This document shows positions 9,747 to 20,105 of a DNA stretch of 64,000 nt, in pieces. Under the pieces are notes generated by a model, which made no database searches, was not told the origin of the DNA, and was given only the letters and a program-made list of their open reading frames with translations. Location: contig CAVQPB010000001.1 of NCBI GenBank assembly GCA_963714525.1, positions 21,495 to 85,494 of the forward strand, read 5' to 3'. How positions within the stretch are numbered: the stretch's first letter is position 1; each line of letters begins with the position of its first letter. This DNA is from an uncultured Pseudomonadota bacterium. GTDB lineage: Bacteria > Pseudomonadota > Gammaproteobacteria > Burkholderiales > JALYOK01. The translations under genes were made by a program, and so were the position numbers.

Positions 9747-10541
9747 ATGTTACGAGTCAACAATATAGAAGTCATTTACGACAAGGCCATCCTGGTATTG
9801 AAAGGGATGTCGCTCGCTGTCGATGAAGGCAAGATCGTCGCCTTGCTCGGTTCGAATGGCGCCGGGAAAAGCACTACTTTGAAAGCGATCTCCGGTTTGC
9901 TCAAGTCGGAGGAGGGCGAGGTCACCGACGGTGATATCCAGTTCCTCGGCGAACGGCTGGAGAAATTAGAAGCGGAGCAAATTGTCCGCCGCGGCGTATT
10001 TCAGGTGATGGAAGGCCGGCGCGTGTTCGAAGACTTAAGCGTCGACGAAAACATACAAATGGGTGGTTACATCCGCTCTGACCGTGCCGGACTCAAACGC
10101 GATCACGACCTCGTATTCGATTATTTTCCACGCTTGAAAGAGCGGCGTAACCAGCTCGCCGGTTATTTGTCCGGCGGCGAACAGCAAATGCTCGCCATCA
10201 GCCGGGCATTGATGTCGCGGCCAAAGTTGATCTTGCTCGACGAACCGTCGCTAGGGCTCGCGCCGCTGTTGGTGAAAGAGATATTCGCCATTATCAAGAA
10301 GATCAATCGCGAAGAGAAAACGACAATATTACTGGTTGAGCAAAACGCCAATCTTGCACTATCGATCGCCGATTACGGCTACATCATGGAGAACGGCCGC
10401 ATCGTACTCGACGGCGATGCGGATAAGTTGAGGAACAACGAGGATGTGAAACGGTTTTATCTCGGCGCGGGCGCCGAAGGTGAAAAGAAGACCTATAAAA
10501 ATCTAAAGTTTTATAAGCGGCGCAAGCGGTGGTTATCTTAG
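9747..10541 (+). CDS. ABC transporter ATP-binding protein (LivF-like)
   Basis: Walker A GSNGAGKST, signature [11 protein letters not shown], Walker B LILLDEPSLGLAP. Confidence 0.85.
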   Translation: MLRVNNIEVIYDKAILVLKGMSLAVDEGKIVALLGSNGAGKSTTLKAISGLLKSEEGEVTDGDIQFLGERLEKLEAEQIVRRGVFQVMEGRRVFEDLSVDENIQMGGYIRSDRAGLKRDHDLVFDYFPRLKERRNQLAGYLSGGEQQMLAISRALMSRPKLILLDEPSLGLAPLLVKEIFAIIKKINREEKTTILLVEQNANLALSIADYGYIMENGRIVLDGDADKLRNNEDVKRFYLGAGAEGEKKTYKNLKFYKRRKRWLS

Positions 10542-10563
10542 TTGCTACCTATGTTTGTGTCAT

Positions 10564-10581
10564 TCCCGCGAAGGCGGGAAT
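10564..10581. repeat. Short GC hairpin (ttcccgc-gaag-gcgggaa) in an intergenic region
   Basis: Perfect 7-bp inverted repeat. Confidence 0.3.
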
Positions 10582-10650
10582 CCATTTGGCGTTTGCTGGT
10601 TACCATTGGGTTAATCTGACTTCACGATCCGAACGGCCCTGCAATAACCC

Positions 10651-11922
10651 ATGACAAAATCCCTGCGAACCTCGCGCATTTACGACCTCAAGATGGAAAC
10701 CCAAAACGCTGAAACTCGCGCAGGTTTCCTGAGCGGACGTTTAGCGGAAACAGTGCGCCTCGCCTACGCTCACGCGCCGCGTACGCGCGCACAACTCGAT
10801 TCCGCCGGCGTTAAACCGATGGACATACGCAGCCCGAATGATTTGATGCGGCTACCCATCCTACGCAAAGACGGTCTCGCGGCTGTTCAGGCTGAGAATC
10901 TTCCGTTTGGCGGCTTGAATGCGATCGCGGTCGAAAAACTTGCGCGGGTGTTCATGTCGCCGGGAAACATTTACGATCCGCAAGGCGATACGCCCGATTT
11001 TTGGCGTTTCGCACCGGCCCTCGCTGCCGCGGGTTTTCGCGCCGGCGACTTGGTGCAAAACACCTTTTCCTATCACATGACGCCGGCGGGATTCATGTTC
11101 GACAGCGCCCTGCGGCACTTGGGTTGCGTCGTTGTCCCAGCCGGTGTCGGGCAAACCGAATTACAGGTGCGCATGGCCGCGGATCTAGGCGTAACGGGTT
11201 ACACCGGCACGCCTAGTTTTCTTCATACTTTGCTGACCAAGGCGCGCGAACTCAACACGCCGCTAAAAATTGAAGTCGCATTCGTCACCGGTGAGATGCT
11301 GCCGCCGAGCTTGCGAGCCGAACTGGAAACCGACTTCGGCGTTCGGGTGTTGCAGGGTTATGGCACGGCGGACCTTGGCCTCATCGCTTACGAGTGTGCG
11401 GAAAAAGACGGCTTGCATCTACATCCCGAATGCATAGTGGAGTTGCTCGATATCGAAACGGGCCAACCGGCGGAACCAGGCCAACCGGGTGAAATCGTCG
11501 CGACCCTATTCGATCAGGCCTATCCGCTCATACGCTTCGCTGCGGGTGACATCAGCAGTTGGAAAGAAGCGGCTACGTGTCCCTGCGGTCGCACCGCGCC
11601 GAAGCTGACTGGCTTACTCGGGCGCGTCGGCGACGCGGTAAAAGTAAAAGGTATGTTCATCCGCGGCACGCAGATCGACGGCGTGATGAAAGCGTTTCCG
11701 GAAATCTTGCGCTATCAAGCGGTGGTGACTCGCGAGCAACATCAGGATCAGTTGCGTTATATCGTCGAACTTGCAGACGGCGCGTCGAACGAAGGCTTGG
11801 CGGAACGTTTGGCCGATGCCTTGAAGGATCAAGTCAAGGTGCGCGGTGAGGTGGAGATTGTCGCCGCGAGTACCGTCGCTCAAGGCGCAAAAAAAATCGA
11901 CGACCGCCGGGTGTGGAAGTAG
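10651..11922 (+). CDS. Phenylacetate-CoA ligase-like adenylate-forming enzyme (PaaK/F390-synthetase family)
   Basis: 423 aa with the PaaK-family N-terminus ...LMRLPILRKDGL... and an AMP-binding core (YTGTPSF, GYGTADLG). It sits inside the ABC operon. Confidence 0.7.
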   Translation: MTKSLRTSRIYDLKMETQNAETRAGFLSGRLAETVRLAYAHAPRTRAQLDSAGVKPMDIRSPNDLMRLPILRKDGLAAVQAENLPFGGLNAIAVEKLARVFMSPGNIYDPQGDTPDFWRFAPALAAAGFRAGDLVQNTFSYHMTPAGFMFDSALRHLGCVVVPAGVGQTELQVRMAADLGVTGYTGTPSFLHTLLTKARELNTPLKIEVAFVTGEMLPPSLRAELETDFGVRVLQGYGTADLGLIAYECAEKDGLHLHPECIVELLDIETGQPAEPGQPGEIVATLFDQAYPLIRFAAGDISSWKEAATCPCGRTAPKLTGLLGRVGDAVKVKGMFIRGTQIDGVMKAFPEILRYQAVVTREQHQDQLRYIVELADGASNEGLAERLADALKDQVKVRGEVEIVAASTVAQGAKKIDDRRVWK

Positions 11923-12689
11923 GCATGACGCAACTGGAAGTCAAAGACATCACCCTGCGCTTTGGCGGTGTGACGGCCATCAAGGGCGTGGGCTTTAACG
12001 TCGAGCAGAGTTCCATACACGCCATCATCGGCCCGAACGGCGCCGGCAAGACCAGCATGCTCAACTGTATCAGCGGCGTATATCGTCCTCAGGAAGGCCG
12101 CATTGTGCTCAATGGGCAGGATATCACCGCGCTGTCGCCCTACGCGCGCACCGGCTTGGGCTTGGCGCGAACGTTTCAGAACATCGCGCTGTTCAAAGGC
12201 ATGACGGTGCTCGATAATTTGTTGATCGGCCGTCACACCCATCAGAAAACCGGCTTGCTGGCCGGCGGAATTTACTATGGCAGCGGGCAAAAAGAAGAAG
12301 TCGTTCATCGCGAGTACGTGGAAGACATCATCGATTTCCTGGAAATAGAACACATACGAAAAAAGACCGTCGGAACGTTGGCCTATGGTTTGCAAAAGCG
12401 CGTGGAGCTGGCGCGGGCATTGGCACTGGAACCAAAAATCCTGTTGCTGGACGAACCCATGGCCGGCATGAACGCGGAAGAGAAAGAAGACATGGCGCGC
12501 TTTGTGCTCGATATCAACGAAGATCGCGGCACCACCATCGTCATGATCGAACACGACATGGGCGTGGTGATGGATATTTCCAATCGCGTGGTGGTGTTGA
12601 ACTTCGGCCAAAAAATTGCTGACGGTACGCCGGAACAAGTCCAGAGCGATAGCCATGTGCAAAAAGCGTATCTCGGGCAAGAAGAATGA
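11913..12689 (+). CDS. ABC transporter ATP-binding protein (LivG-like)
   Basis: Walker A GPNGAGKTS, signature motif and Walker B LLLDEPMAGMN. Overlaps the upstream gene by 10 nt. Confidence 0.85.
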   Translation: MEVGMTQLEVKDITLRFGGVTAIKGVGFNVEQSSIHAIIGPNGAGKTSMLNCISGVYRPQEGRIVLNGQDITALSPYARTGLGLARTFQNIALFKGMTVLDNLLIGRHTHQKTGLLAGGIYYGSGQKEEVVHREYVEDIIDFLEIEHIRKKTVGTLAYGLQKRVELARALALEPKILLLDEPMAGMNAEEKEDMARFVLDINEDRGTTIVMIEHDMGVVMDISNRVVVLNFGQKIADGTPEQVQSDSHVQKAYLGQEE

Positions 12690-14584
12690 GCGATAGCCTC
12701 GATACCTTCCCTAAATTGCTGGCGCGTAACGCGCGTGAATTCGGCGCGAAGCCGGCGCTGCGTGAGAAAGAATTCGGCATCTGGCAAGCGCTGAGCTGGC
12801 AGCAGTATCACGATAAGGTACGCGATTTTTCGCTCGGCTTGGTGAGCCTCGGTTTTGCGCGCGGCGATAAAGTTGCCATCATCGGCAACAACCGGCCCGA
12901 GTGGGTGTGCGCGGAACTCGCCGCCCAAGCCGCGGGGGGCGCAAGCGTCGGCATTTATCAGGATTCAAATCTAAATGAAGTGGCGTTTGTGATCGACCAC
13001 TGCGACGCGACATTTGTCGTCGCGGAAGATCAGGAACAGGTCGACAAGATCCTCGACATGATAGACAAGCTGCCCAAGCTCAAAAACGTGATCTTCACCG
13101 AGCCGCGCGGCATGCGCAAGTACGATCATCCATCCCTCATGAGTTTCGCGGCGGTGGAAGAAAAGGGCAGGGCGCTGCATCAAATGGAACCGAGCCGCTG
13201 GGAGAAAATTATCGCCGCCGGAAAAGGCAGCGATCCGGCGATTATTTCCTACACGTCAGGGACGACGGGTTTTCCCAAGGGCGCGGTGCTGACGTTCGAT
13301 AATTTGATCGTAATGGCGAGAAGTGTAAATGCTGTCGATCCTAAGCTGCCGAGCGACGAGTTCGTTTCATTTTTGCCGCTGGCCTGGATCGGCGAGCAAA
13401 TGGTGTCCGTGACGATTAGTCTATTGGTCGGATTCACCATCAATTTCCCGGAAGACCCAAATACCGTGATGGAGGACATCCGCGAGATCGGCCCGCACTC
13501 CATGTTCGCGCCGCCGCGCGTCTGGGAAAACATGACGTCCACGGTGCAAGTCAAGATCATGGACACCACACGCTTTAAGCGCGCTATGTACGAATGGGCG
13601 ATGCCGATCGGTTATAAGATCGCCGATCTTAAATTTCAAAAGAAAGCGGTGCCGTTAGGTTTGTCGATGCTGCACAAATTGTCCTATTGGGCGTTGTTCC
13701 GGCCGCTGAAAGACCGATTGGGGCTGTCGAATTTGCGCACTTGCTCCACCGGCGGCGCGGCGCTGGGGCCCGACGTGTTTCGATTTTTTCATGCGCTCGG
13801 CGTGCCGCTGAAACAACTCTACGGCCAAACGGAAATCAGCGGCATTTCCTGCATCCATCCCAATGGCGACGTGCAATTTCACACCGTCGGCAAACCCATA
13901 CCCGGCACGGAGGTGAAGATTTCGCCGGATGGCGAAATTTTGTCGCGCAGCGCCTCCATCACGCCGGGTTATTACAAAAACGATGACGCGACCAAACAAA
14001 CCATACGCGACGGTTGGCTGCATTCCGGCGATGCGGGTTATCTCACGGAGGACGGTCATCTGGTGGTGATCGATCGCATCAAAGATGTAATGCGATTGGC
14101 GGACGGCACGCAATTTTCGCCGCAATACATCGAAAACCGGCTCAAGTTTTCGCCTTATATCAAAGAGGCGGTGGTGATCGGTAACGACCGGCCGCAGTTG
14201 ACGGCGATGATTTGCATCGACATGAGCATCGTCGGTAAATGGGCGGAAAGTCAAAAAATTTCCTATACGACTTACACCGACTTGGCGGCGAGGGAGCCGG
14301 TATATGGTCTAATGCAAAGCGAGGTCGAGAAGGTCAACGAAACGCTACCACAAGCAGCGAAATTGAAACGCTTCGTGTTGCTTTATAAAGAACTCGATGC
14401 CGATGACGAGGAACTGACGCGCACGCGCAAGGTGCGGCGCGGCTTCGTCGAAGATCGCTACAAAGATGTCATCGACGCGCTCTACAGCGATCGCACTCAA
14501 GTGCCGATCGATACCACCATTAAGTTTCAAGACGGCAAGACCGCGCGCTTTCAAACCACTTTGCTGTTGCGGAATTTGGCTTAG
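12686..14584 (+). CDS. AMP-dependent synthetase/long-chain acyl-CoA ligase-like protein
   Basis: 632 aa. Motifs ISYTSGTTGFPKGAVL, YGQTE, GWLHSGDAGY and an extended C-terminus. Start overlaps the upstream stop (ATGA). Confidence 0.8.
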   Translation: MSDSLDTFPKLLARNAREFGAKPALREKEFGIWQALSWQQYHDKVRDFSLGLVSLGFARGDKVAIIGNNRPEWVCAELAAQAAGGASVGIYQDSNLNEVAFVIDHCDATFVVAEDQEQVDKILDMIDKLPKLKNVIFTEPRGMRKYDHPSLMSFAAVEEKGRALHQMEPSRWEKIIAAGKGSDPAIISYTSGTTGFPKGAVLTFDNLIVMARSVNAVDPKLPSDEFVSFLPLAWIGEQMVSVTISLLVGFTINFPEDPNTVMEDIREIGPHSMFAPPRVWENMTSTVQVKIMDTTRFKRAMYEWAMPIGYKIADLKFQKKAVPLGLSMLHKLSYWALFRPLKDRLGLSNLRTCSTGGAALGPDVFRFFHALGVPLKQLYGQTEISGISCIHPNGDVQFHTVGKPIPGTEVKISPDGEILSRSASITPGYYKNDDATKQTIRDGWLHSGDAGYLTEDGHLVVIDRIKDVMRLADGTQFSPQYIENRLKFSPYIKEAVVIGNDRPQLTAMICIDMSIVGKWAESQKISYTTYTDLAAREPVYGLMQSEVEKVNETLPQAAKLKRFVLLYKELDADDEELTRTRKVRRGFVEDRYKDVIDALYSDRTQVPIDTTIKFQDGKTARFQTTLLLRNLA

Positions 14585-14587
14585 CGT

Positions 14588-15481
14588 ATGGACGTGAATT
14601 TTTTCCTGCAATTGGTGATCAACGGTCTCGTGGTCGGCAGCGTCTATGCGCTTGTCGCGCTTGGGTTTGTCATTATTTTCAAATCGACCAGCGTGGTGAA
14701 TTTTGCCCAAGGCGAATTTTTGCTGCTGGGCGCGTATATCAGCTTGGCGGTGGTGGGGCAATACAACATGCCGTTTTGGGTCGCGGTGATCATCACCTTG
14801 CTTTTTTCCATTGCGCTGGGCATGTTGATCGAGCGGCTGATCCTACGGCCGATGATAGGCGAGCCGGTGATTTCTGTGATCATGGTGACGCTGGGTTTGT
14901 CGAGTGTATTGAAGGCCGTCGTACAGGGGATTTGGGGAACGGACACGCGCCCCTTCCCGGAAATTTTCCCATCGACGCCGGTACAGATAGGTCCGTTGCC
15001 CGTGTCGCAAGGTTATATTTACAGCGTGGTCTGCGTGGCGTTATTGCTTCTGCTGTTTACCTTGTTCTTCAAGTATTCGCGGGAAGGTATCGCCATGCGC
15101 GCCACGGCATTTTCGCAGCAAGTGGCGCAATCGATGGGCATTTCCGTACGGCGCATGTTCGCCCTCGCGTGGGCGATCGCCGCGGTGGTTTCGGCTATCG
15201 GCGGAATCTTGCTCGGCGGCGTGCGCGGCGGGGTGGATGCGGCGCTGGCGTCGATCGGCCTGAAGGTCATTCCGGTGGTGATTTTGGGCGGTCTGGATAG
15301 CATCATCGGCGCCATCGTCGGCGGGCTATTGGTCGGCGTGCTGGAAAATCTCGCCGGTGGTTATCTCGATCCCATTTTCGGCGGCGGCGTGAAAGAGGTC
15401 GCGCCGTTTGTCGTGCTGGTGTTGATTCTGATGATCAAACCCTATGGCTTGTTTGGGAAGGTGCATATCGATCGTGTGTAG
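14588..15481 (+). CDS. Branched-chain amino acid ABC transporter permease (LivH-like)
   Basis: 297 aa, polytopic. VNFAQGEFLLLGAY... is the LivH signature. Confidence 0.85.
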   Translation: MDVNFFLQLVINGLVVGSVYALVALGFVIIFKSTSVVNFAQGEFLLLGAYISLAVVGQYNMPFWVAVIITLLFSIALGMLIERLILRPMIGEPVISVIMVTLGLSSVLKAVVQGIWGTDTRPFPEIFPSTPVQIGPLPVSQGYIYSVVCVALLLLLFTLFFKYSREGIAMRATAFSQQVAQSMGISVRRMFALAWAIAAVVSAIGGILLGGVRGGVDAALASIGLKVIPVVILGGLDSIIGAIVGGLLVGVLENLAGGYLDPIFGGGVKEVAPFVVLVLILMIKPYGLFGKVHIDRV

Positions 15482-15523
15482 CGCCATAAAAGATAAGGAA
15501 CCCGGACTTAGCCTGCAACGAAT

Positions 15524-15729
15524 GGGTAGGGTGGATCAAGCGAAGCGGATCCACCATGGTGATCAACGTCCGCCGTCCTTTGCTAGCGGTTTGGTGGATC
15601 CAGCGCTACGCGCTTTGATCCACCGTCCACGTTTATTAGGACCTCTGCCACGAGCCAAGCACTGGTGCGGCTCCTGGCAAGGCATGCCGCAAGAGGCAAG
15701 CTGGACGTGGCTCCCAGGCATGATGCCTA
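15524..15729. repeat. REP-like compound palindromic element ('gggtagggtggatcaagcg...ggatccacc' family)
   Basis: Two hairpins, ggtggatc...gatccacc, plus a third palindrome ggcatgcc...caggcatg. Related copies sit at 33517 and 35086. Confidence 0.7.
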
Positions 15730-15751
15730 ATAAAGATTAAACTATTTTCCT

Positions 15752-16798
15752 ATGATTAAATGCGGTGACTTTCGCACCAACTACGCAAGCGACATGGCGG
15801 TGTTCAACACCACGTTCGCCCGCTCTTGCCTAATTATTTTTTTAGTGTTGTTGATGCTGTTCCCGATCGTGTCGACCACCTATTGGCTCGACGTGGCTAA
15901 TCGTATCGGCATCGCCATCATCGGCGCCATTGGGCTAAATATCTTAACCGGCTACACCGGTCAGATTTCCATGGGCAACGCGGCCTTCCTTGCCGTGGGC
16001 GCTTATAGCACCGGCTGGTTTGCCAACCATGCGGGGTTACCGCTGTTTGTCATCATTCCTTTGTCGGGCTTGATCACCGCCGCCGTCGGTATGATATTCG
16101 GCATCCCGTCGTTGCGGCTCAAGGGACTCTATCTCGCCATGGCCACTTTGGCGGCGCATTTCATTATCGAGTTCGTCATCGTTCATTGGGAGAGCGCCAC
16201 CGGTGGTGTAAACGGCCTGAGTATTCCCAACGCCGAGTTATTCGGATTCGCTTTCGATCACGATAGATCCTTGTTTTACTTAATTTACGTGTTAGTCATC
16301 GCCTTTGCACTATTCGCCACCAATTTGTTTCGTACTAAAGTGGGGAAGGCGTTCGTCGCTATCCGCGATCAGGACATATCTGCTGAGGTGATGGGTGTCA
16401 ATATTTTCAAATACAAGTTACTAGCCTTCGGCGTGAGTTCGTTTTACGTAGGTGTCGCCGGTTCCTTGATGGCCTACCAGGCCCGCATCATCAGTCCGGA
16501 GAATTTCCCCATCACCGTTGCGATCGACTATTTGGCAATGATCATTATCGGTGGTTTGGGCAGTATCCTAGGCTCTATTCTCGGCGCTATCTTTATTACC
16601 GGGCTGCCGGAGATATTGCGCCTGACTACCACGGCGTTGAGTGGAATTTATCCGGACTTAGTGGGGTTGTTCGCATCCATCAAAATGGGGGTGTTCGGTC
16701 TGATTATCGTGTTGTTTCTGGTATTCGAGCCCGATGGCATGGCCTCTCGCTGGCGCAAGATCAAGACCTATTGGCGTCTCTACCCGTTCTCATACTAA
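15752..16798 (+). CDS. Branched-chain amino acid ABC transporter permease (LivM-like)
   Basis: 348 aa, polytopic, with the LivM-type motif GYTGQISMGNAAFLAVGAY. Confidence 0.85.
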   Translation: MIKCGDFRTNYASDMAVFNTTFARSCLIIFLVLLMLFPIVSTTYWLDVANRIGIAIIGAIGLNILTGYTGQISMGNAAFLAVGAYSTGWFANHAGLPLFVIIPLSGLITAAVGMIFGIPSLRLKGLYLAMATLAAHFIIEFVIVHWESATGGVNGLSIPNAELFGFAFDHDRSLFYLIYVLVIAFALFATNLFRTKVGKAFVAIRDQDISAEVMGVNIFKYKLLAFGVSSFYVGVAGSLMAYQARIISPENFPITVAIDYLAMIIIGGLGSILGSILGAIFITGLPEILRLTTTALSGIYPDLVGLFASIKMGVFGLIIVLFLVFEPDGMASRWRKIKTYWRLYPFSY

Positions 16799-17022
16799 GC
16801 TTGGCTCGAATTTTGTCGCGGCGCACTATGATTTCCCTCTTGAAACGCCAGCGAGGAGGGAATATAGTACGCATGCAATGAACCAAATCCTATATGGTTA
16901 GTCGTAGTTTTGGTCACGTCGCAAAGGCGAAAGCCAAATAACAAATTGTAGTAGGTTAGTACTCCACGCAGTTCGAAGTAATCGTTCAAGGTAGTAAATC
17001 TATAAACATACTGGAGGCAGAT

Positions 17023-18751
17023 ATGAAGAAGTTAAGCAAACTTGCGCTTGGGCTCACGGCCGGCGCTGCGCTTGCTGCTATGCTCGGTCAAGCGAGTGCG
17101 GCAGATGTTACGTGGGATCGTTTACTCAATGCCCACAAAGACCCAAATAACTGGCTGATGTACCACCAAGATTTTCGTGGCTGGCATCACAGCGGTTTAA
17201 CCCAAATCAACACCGGTAACGTGCAAGATCTGCGCGTGCAATGGATGCATTCTCCAGGCGCCGGAAAACGCGGTATCCAGTCGTTCCCGGTCGTTGCGGA
17301 CGGCGTGTTGTATTACACCTCTTCGATGGGCCAAATCTACGCTTTGGACGCCGCAACCGGCGCCACTAAGTGGAAATTCGTCCCGAAAATCGACGAAGAG
17401 CGCGGCATGGGCACGTTCTACAATCCCTACAACCGCGGCGTGGCTATCGGCCACGGCCATGTTTACATGGGCACCATCGACGGTCGTTTGATCGCGGTAG
17501 ATATGAATACCGGCAAACAAGCATGGGACACCATGCTGATGACGGTAGAGAAAGGTAACAAAGGCTTTACCGGCGCACCCCTCATCGTAAAGGACAAAGT
17601 CGTTATCGGGTCCAACGGTGGTGAATTGTCCGGTTGCTGCGGTCCGATCTTCGGCGTTGACGCAAAAACCGGCAAGATGGCATGGCAGTTCGATACCATC
17701 GGCGGTGATGAGAAGTCACGTGCTTCCTGGGGTAACGACTCCTGGAAAATCGGTGGCGGCGGCGGTTGGATGACAGGTAACTACGACGCTGAAACCAACA
17801 CCGTGTTCTGGGGTACTGCTAATCCGGCTCCGGATTACGACTGGGCCGGCGAAAACTGGAAGACCGAAGGTGCTCGCCCCGGTGAAAACCTCTACAGTTC
17901 CTCCGTCATCGCGTTGGATGCCGATTCCGGCAAGCTCAAGTCTTATTTCCAAGAAATGCCCCACGATGCATGGGACTTCGACAGCGCAGTCGGCGAGTTC
18001 ATGATGATCGACAAAGGCGGCAAGAAGCTGGTTGTGCATCCGAACAAAGGCGGTATCGTGTTCGTGTATGACCGCACTGACTTAAGCAAAGTAGAAAACG
18101 CTTGGTTCTTAGGCAAGACCTATAACTTCGTCAAAGGTGTGACGAAGACCGGTACAGTTGGAAGGCCGTCGCGAACTACCGCTCGGCAAACATAAGAACG
18201 TTTGCCCGGCAATCGACGGCGCTATAAGCTGGAACGCAGGCTCCTACAGCCCGAAAACCGGCTTGTTCTATAAAGTTGGTCAAGAGTGGTGCTACGACAT
18301 CGAAGTGGTTAAAGCAGACCGTCCGGCAGATTTCTCCGGCCAGACCTACTTTGCCGCAAGTTGGACGGCCACTCATCCCGAAGGACAAAAGGCCTTTGGC
18401 CATGTGTCCGGTCGTGACCCCATCACGGGCGTTGCGAAGTGGGAAGTTCACTACAAGTATCCGCCGCTCGCCAGCTTGCTGTCGACCGCTGGTAACCTAG
18501 TGTTTGTTCCGGGCGCCGATGGCATGTTCGATGCCCTCGATGCTAACACCGGTGCGAAACTGTGGAGCCACAACAATGGCCTCGGCCATCACGGTGGCGT
18601 GATCTCCTATGCGGTTAACGGCAAGCAATACGTCGCCGTCGTTACCGGTTGGGGTAGCCATGTTTCCGGCAACTACGCGCCGCTGTTTGGCGAGCCCTTC
18701 GCCAGCATGCCGTCGGAAGGTGGAAACTTGATTGTTTTCGCATTGCCGTAA
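17023..18751 (+). CDS. PQQ-dependent dehydrogenase (methanol/ethanol family), interrupted by an apparent +1 frameshift near 18157
   Basis: Signal peptide followed by a beta-propeller (W-motifs) with a vicinal Cys pair (GCCGPIFG). The N-terminal part (17023-18195) and the C-terminal part (18158-18751, frame +1) are contiguous in homology (...FVKGVTKTG | QLEGRRELPLGKHKNVCPAIDG...). Confidence 0.8.
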
Positions 18752-18777
18752 TCCTATACGCTAAGTAACGCGTTAAT

Positions 18778-18808
18778 CGGGCGAGGGAGCAATCTCTCGC
18801 CTTTTTTA
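18778..18808 (+). terminator. Putative intrinsic terminator between the PQQ-DH and cytochrome c genes
   Basis: ggcgaggga-loop-tctctcgcc followed by TTTTTT. Confidence 0.45.
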
Positions 18809-18809
18809 T

Positions 18810-19217
18810 GTGAAAGTTACAAGGATGAAGTCTATGGTCATCAAGCGGATTCAAACCCTGCTAGCCGTAACGCTGCTGACGAGTGGTATCGGCATTGCCA
18901 TGTCAAGCTTTGCCAAAGATCCGCCTGCGCCGCAAAGCCTAACTCCCGACGAAGCTTTTGATGCGGTGAAGGAAGAGTTCGGCATCGACGTGAAAACGCT
19001 ATTCTCCACTCGTTGCTCCTCCTGCCACATGGGCCTGGGCATGCAACGAGGGGACGGTCCCATGCTGGCCGGGACCAGCCTGGACTTTGCGCGGGTTATT
19101 GAACGCATCGTCAAGGGCAAAACACCCATGCCGGGATTCGGCGGCACTCTAAAAGACGAGCAGCTCATGGGCTTGGCTCGCTATATCGTCAGCTTAAAGC
19201 CGCCGCCCGCGCCCTAG
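18810..19217 (+). CDS. Mono-haem c-type cytochrome, likely electron acceptor of the adjacent PQQ dehydrogenase
   Basis: Signal peptide, a single CSSCH haem-binding motif, and a C-terminal Met-rich region. The start may instead be at 18834. Confidence 0.7.
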   Translation: MKVTRMKSMVIKRIQTLLAVTLLTSGIGIAMSSFAKDPPAPQSLTPDEAFDAVKEEFGIDVKTLFSTRCSSCHMGLGMQRGDGPMLAGTSLDFARVIERIVKGKTPMPGFGGTLKDEQLMGLARYIVSLKPPPAP

Positions 19218-19248
19218 TTTTACTCGGAATTTAGCCCTGGCGATGCTG

Positions 19249-19635
19249 TCAGGGCTCGCGCGTGAGCTCAAGCTCCATATGCAACCCATCGTAATGCGCT
19301 TTCCCCTTCAGTTTTTTGTAATCATTAGAGGGTTTGAGATCAAAGCGCATCACGCGGCCGTCCGCGCCTATCGTTTGAAATCCCAATGACTTTTCCGAAC
19401 CCGTAATACCTTTAAGGGGGACCGGTTCATCGCCGAACCAAGATAAAGCGGTAAAGGATAACTGTCCACCGTTCTGCCCAATGGCCAACGAGCCTTTGCC
19501 GCTGCTCATTCCTTCCAGCCAGTTCCCCTTCCAAACACCGATATAACGCGAATCTACGCTGTCCTGACTGGATACAGTTGTAGGGACAACTAGTGCCAAA
19601 ACAAATAAAATACTTTTAAAGTAATTTATAGTCAT
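19249..19635 (-). CDS. Small secreted hypothetical protein (low-GC)
   Basis: 128 aa with an N-terminal signal peptide (MTINYFKSILFVLALVVPTTVSS). No recognisable family. Confidence 0.45.
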   Translation of the reverse strand: MTINYFKSILFVLALVVPTTVSSQDSVDSRYIGVWKGNWLEGMSSGKGSLAIGQNGGQLSFTALSWFGDEPVPLKGITGSEKSLGFQTIGADGRVMRFDLKPSNDYKKLKGKAHYDGLHMELELTREP

Positions 19636-19732
19636 TTGATATTATTAATAATAGAATTTACTTTTAATAATTAACGTTAAATCAATACGGGGATTTACCC
19701 GGCGACAAACATTAAAATCCCTCTTGACATTA

Positions 19733-19753
19733 TAGTGAGAATCATTATCATAT
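19733..19753. promoter_or_regulatory. Putative Fur box in an AT-rich divergent promoter upstream of bfd
   Basis: tgaGAATCATTATCAtatgc resembles the GATAATGATAATCATTATC consensus. It lies ~60 nt upstream of bfd, adjacent to a TTGACA-like hexamer. Confidence 0.5.
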
Positions 19754-19809
19754 GCATTAGGCAAAGTTGTTCGACATGAAGTTAACGTTCTATCCGGAGA
19801 TTAGTTGCA

Positions 19810-20001
19810 ATGTACGTATGCATCTGTAATCAAGTTACCGATCATGAAATTCGAGAAGCTGTTTATGCTGGAGCTTGCCGCCTTCGGGACATTCAGCGGG
19901 AACTAGGTGTCGCGACTCAGTGCGGTAAATGCGGCCAGATGGCAAAGTGCATATTGACTGAGACTCTATCCGAGCTCGACGGTCAATTGCAAGCAGCATA
20001 G
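19810..20001 (+). CDS. bfd: Bacterioferritin-associated ferredoxin (BFD-like [2Fe-2S] domain)
   Basis: MYVCICNQVTDHEIREAV...CGKCG. The four Cys and the 63-aa length are typical of Bfd. Confidence 0.85.
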   Translation: MYVCICNQVTDHEIREAVYAGACRLRDIQRELGVATQCGKCGQMAKCILTETLSELDGQLQAA

Positions 20002-20105
20002 CATTTTACTAATCCTCTATTTCCCTCCTGAAACAGCCTAAATTTCTGTGGTAGCGCTGCGATCGCAGTTATAATTCGCTCTGCATTCCATTCTTTGGAG
20101 TACTT

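Noticed and set aside
19233-19255. Hairpin agccctg...cagggct after the cytochrome c gene, considered as a terminator
   Set aside because: No T-run follows, and it overlaps the stop of the convergent minus-strand gene. It is too weak to list as a feature.
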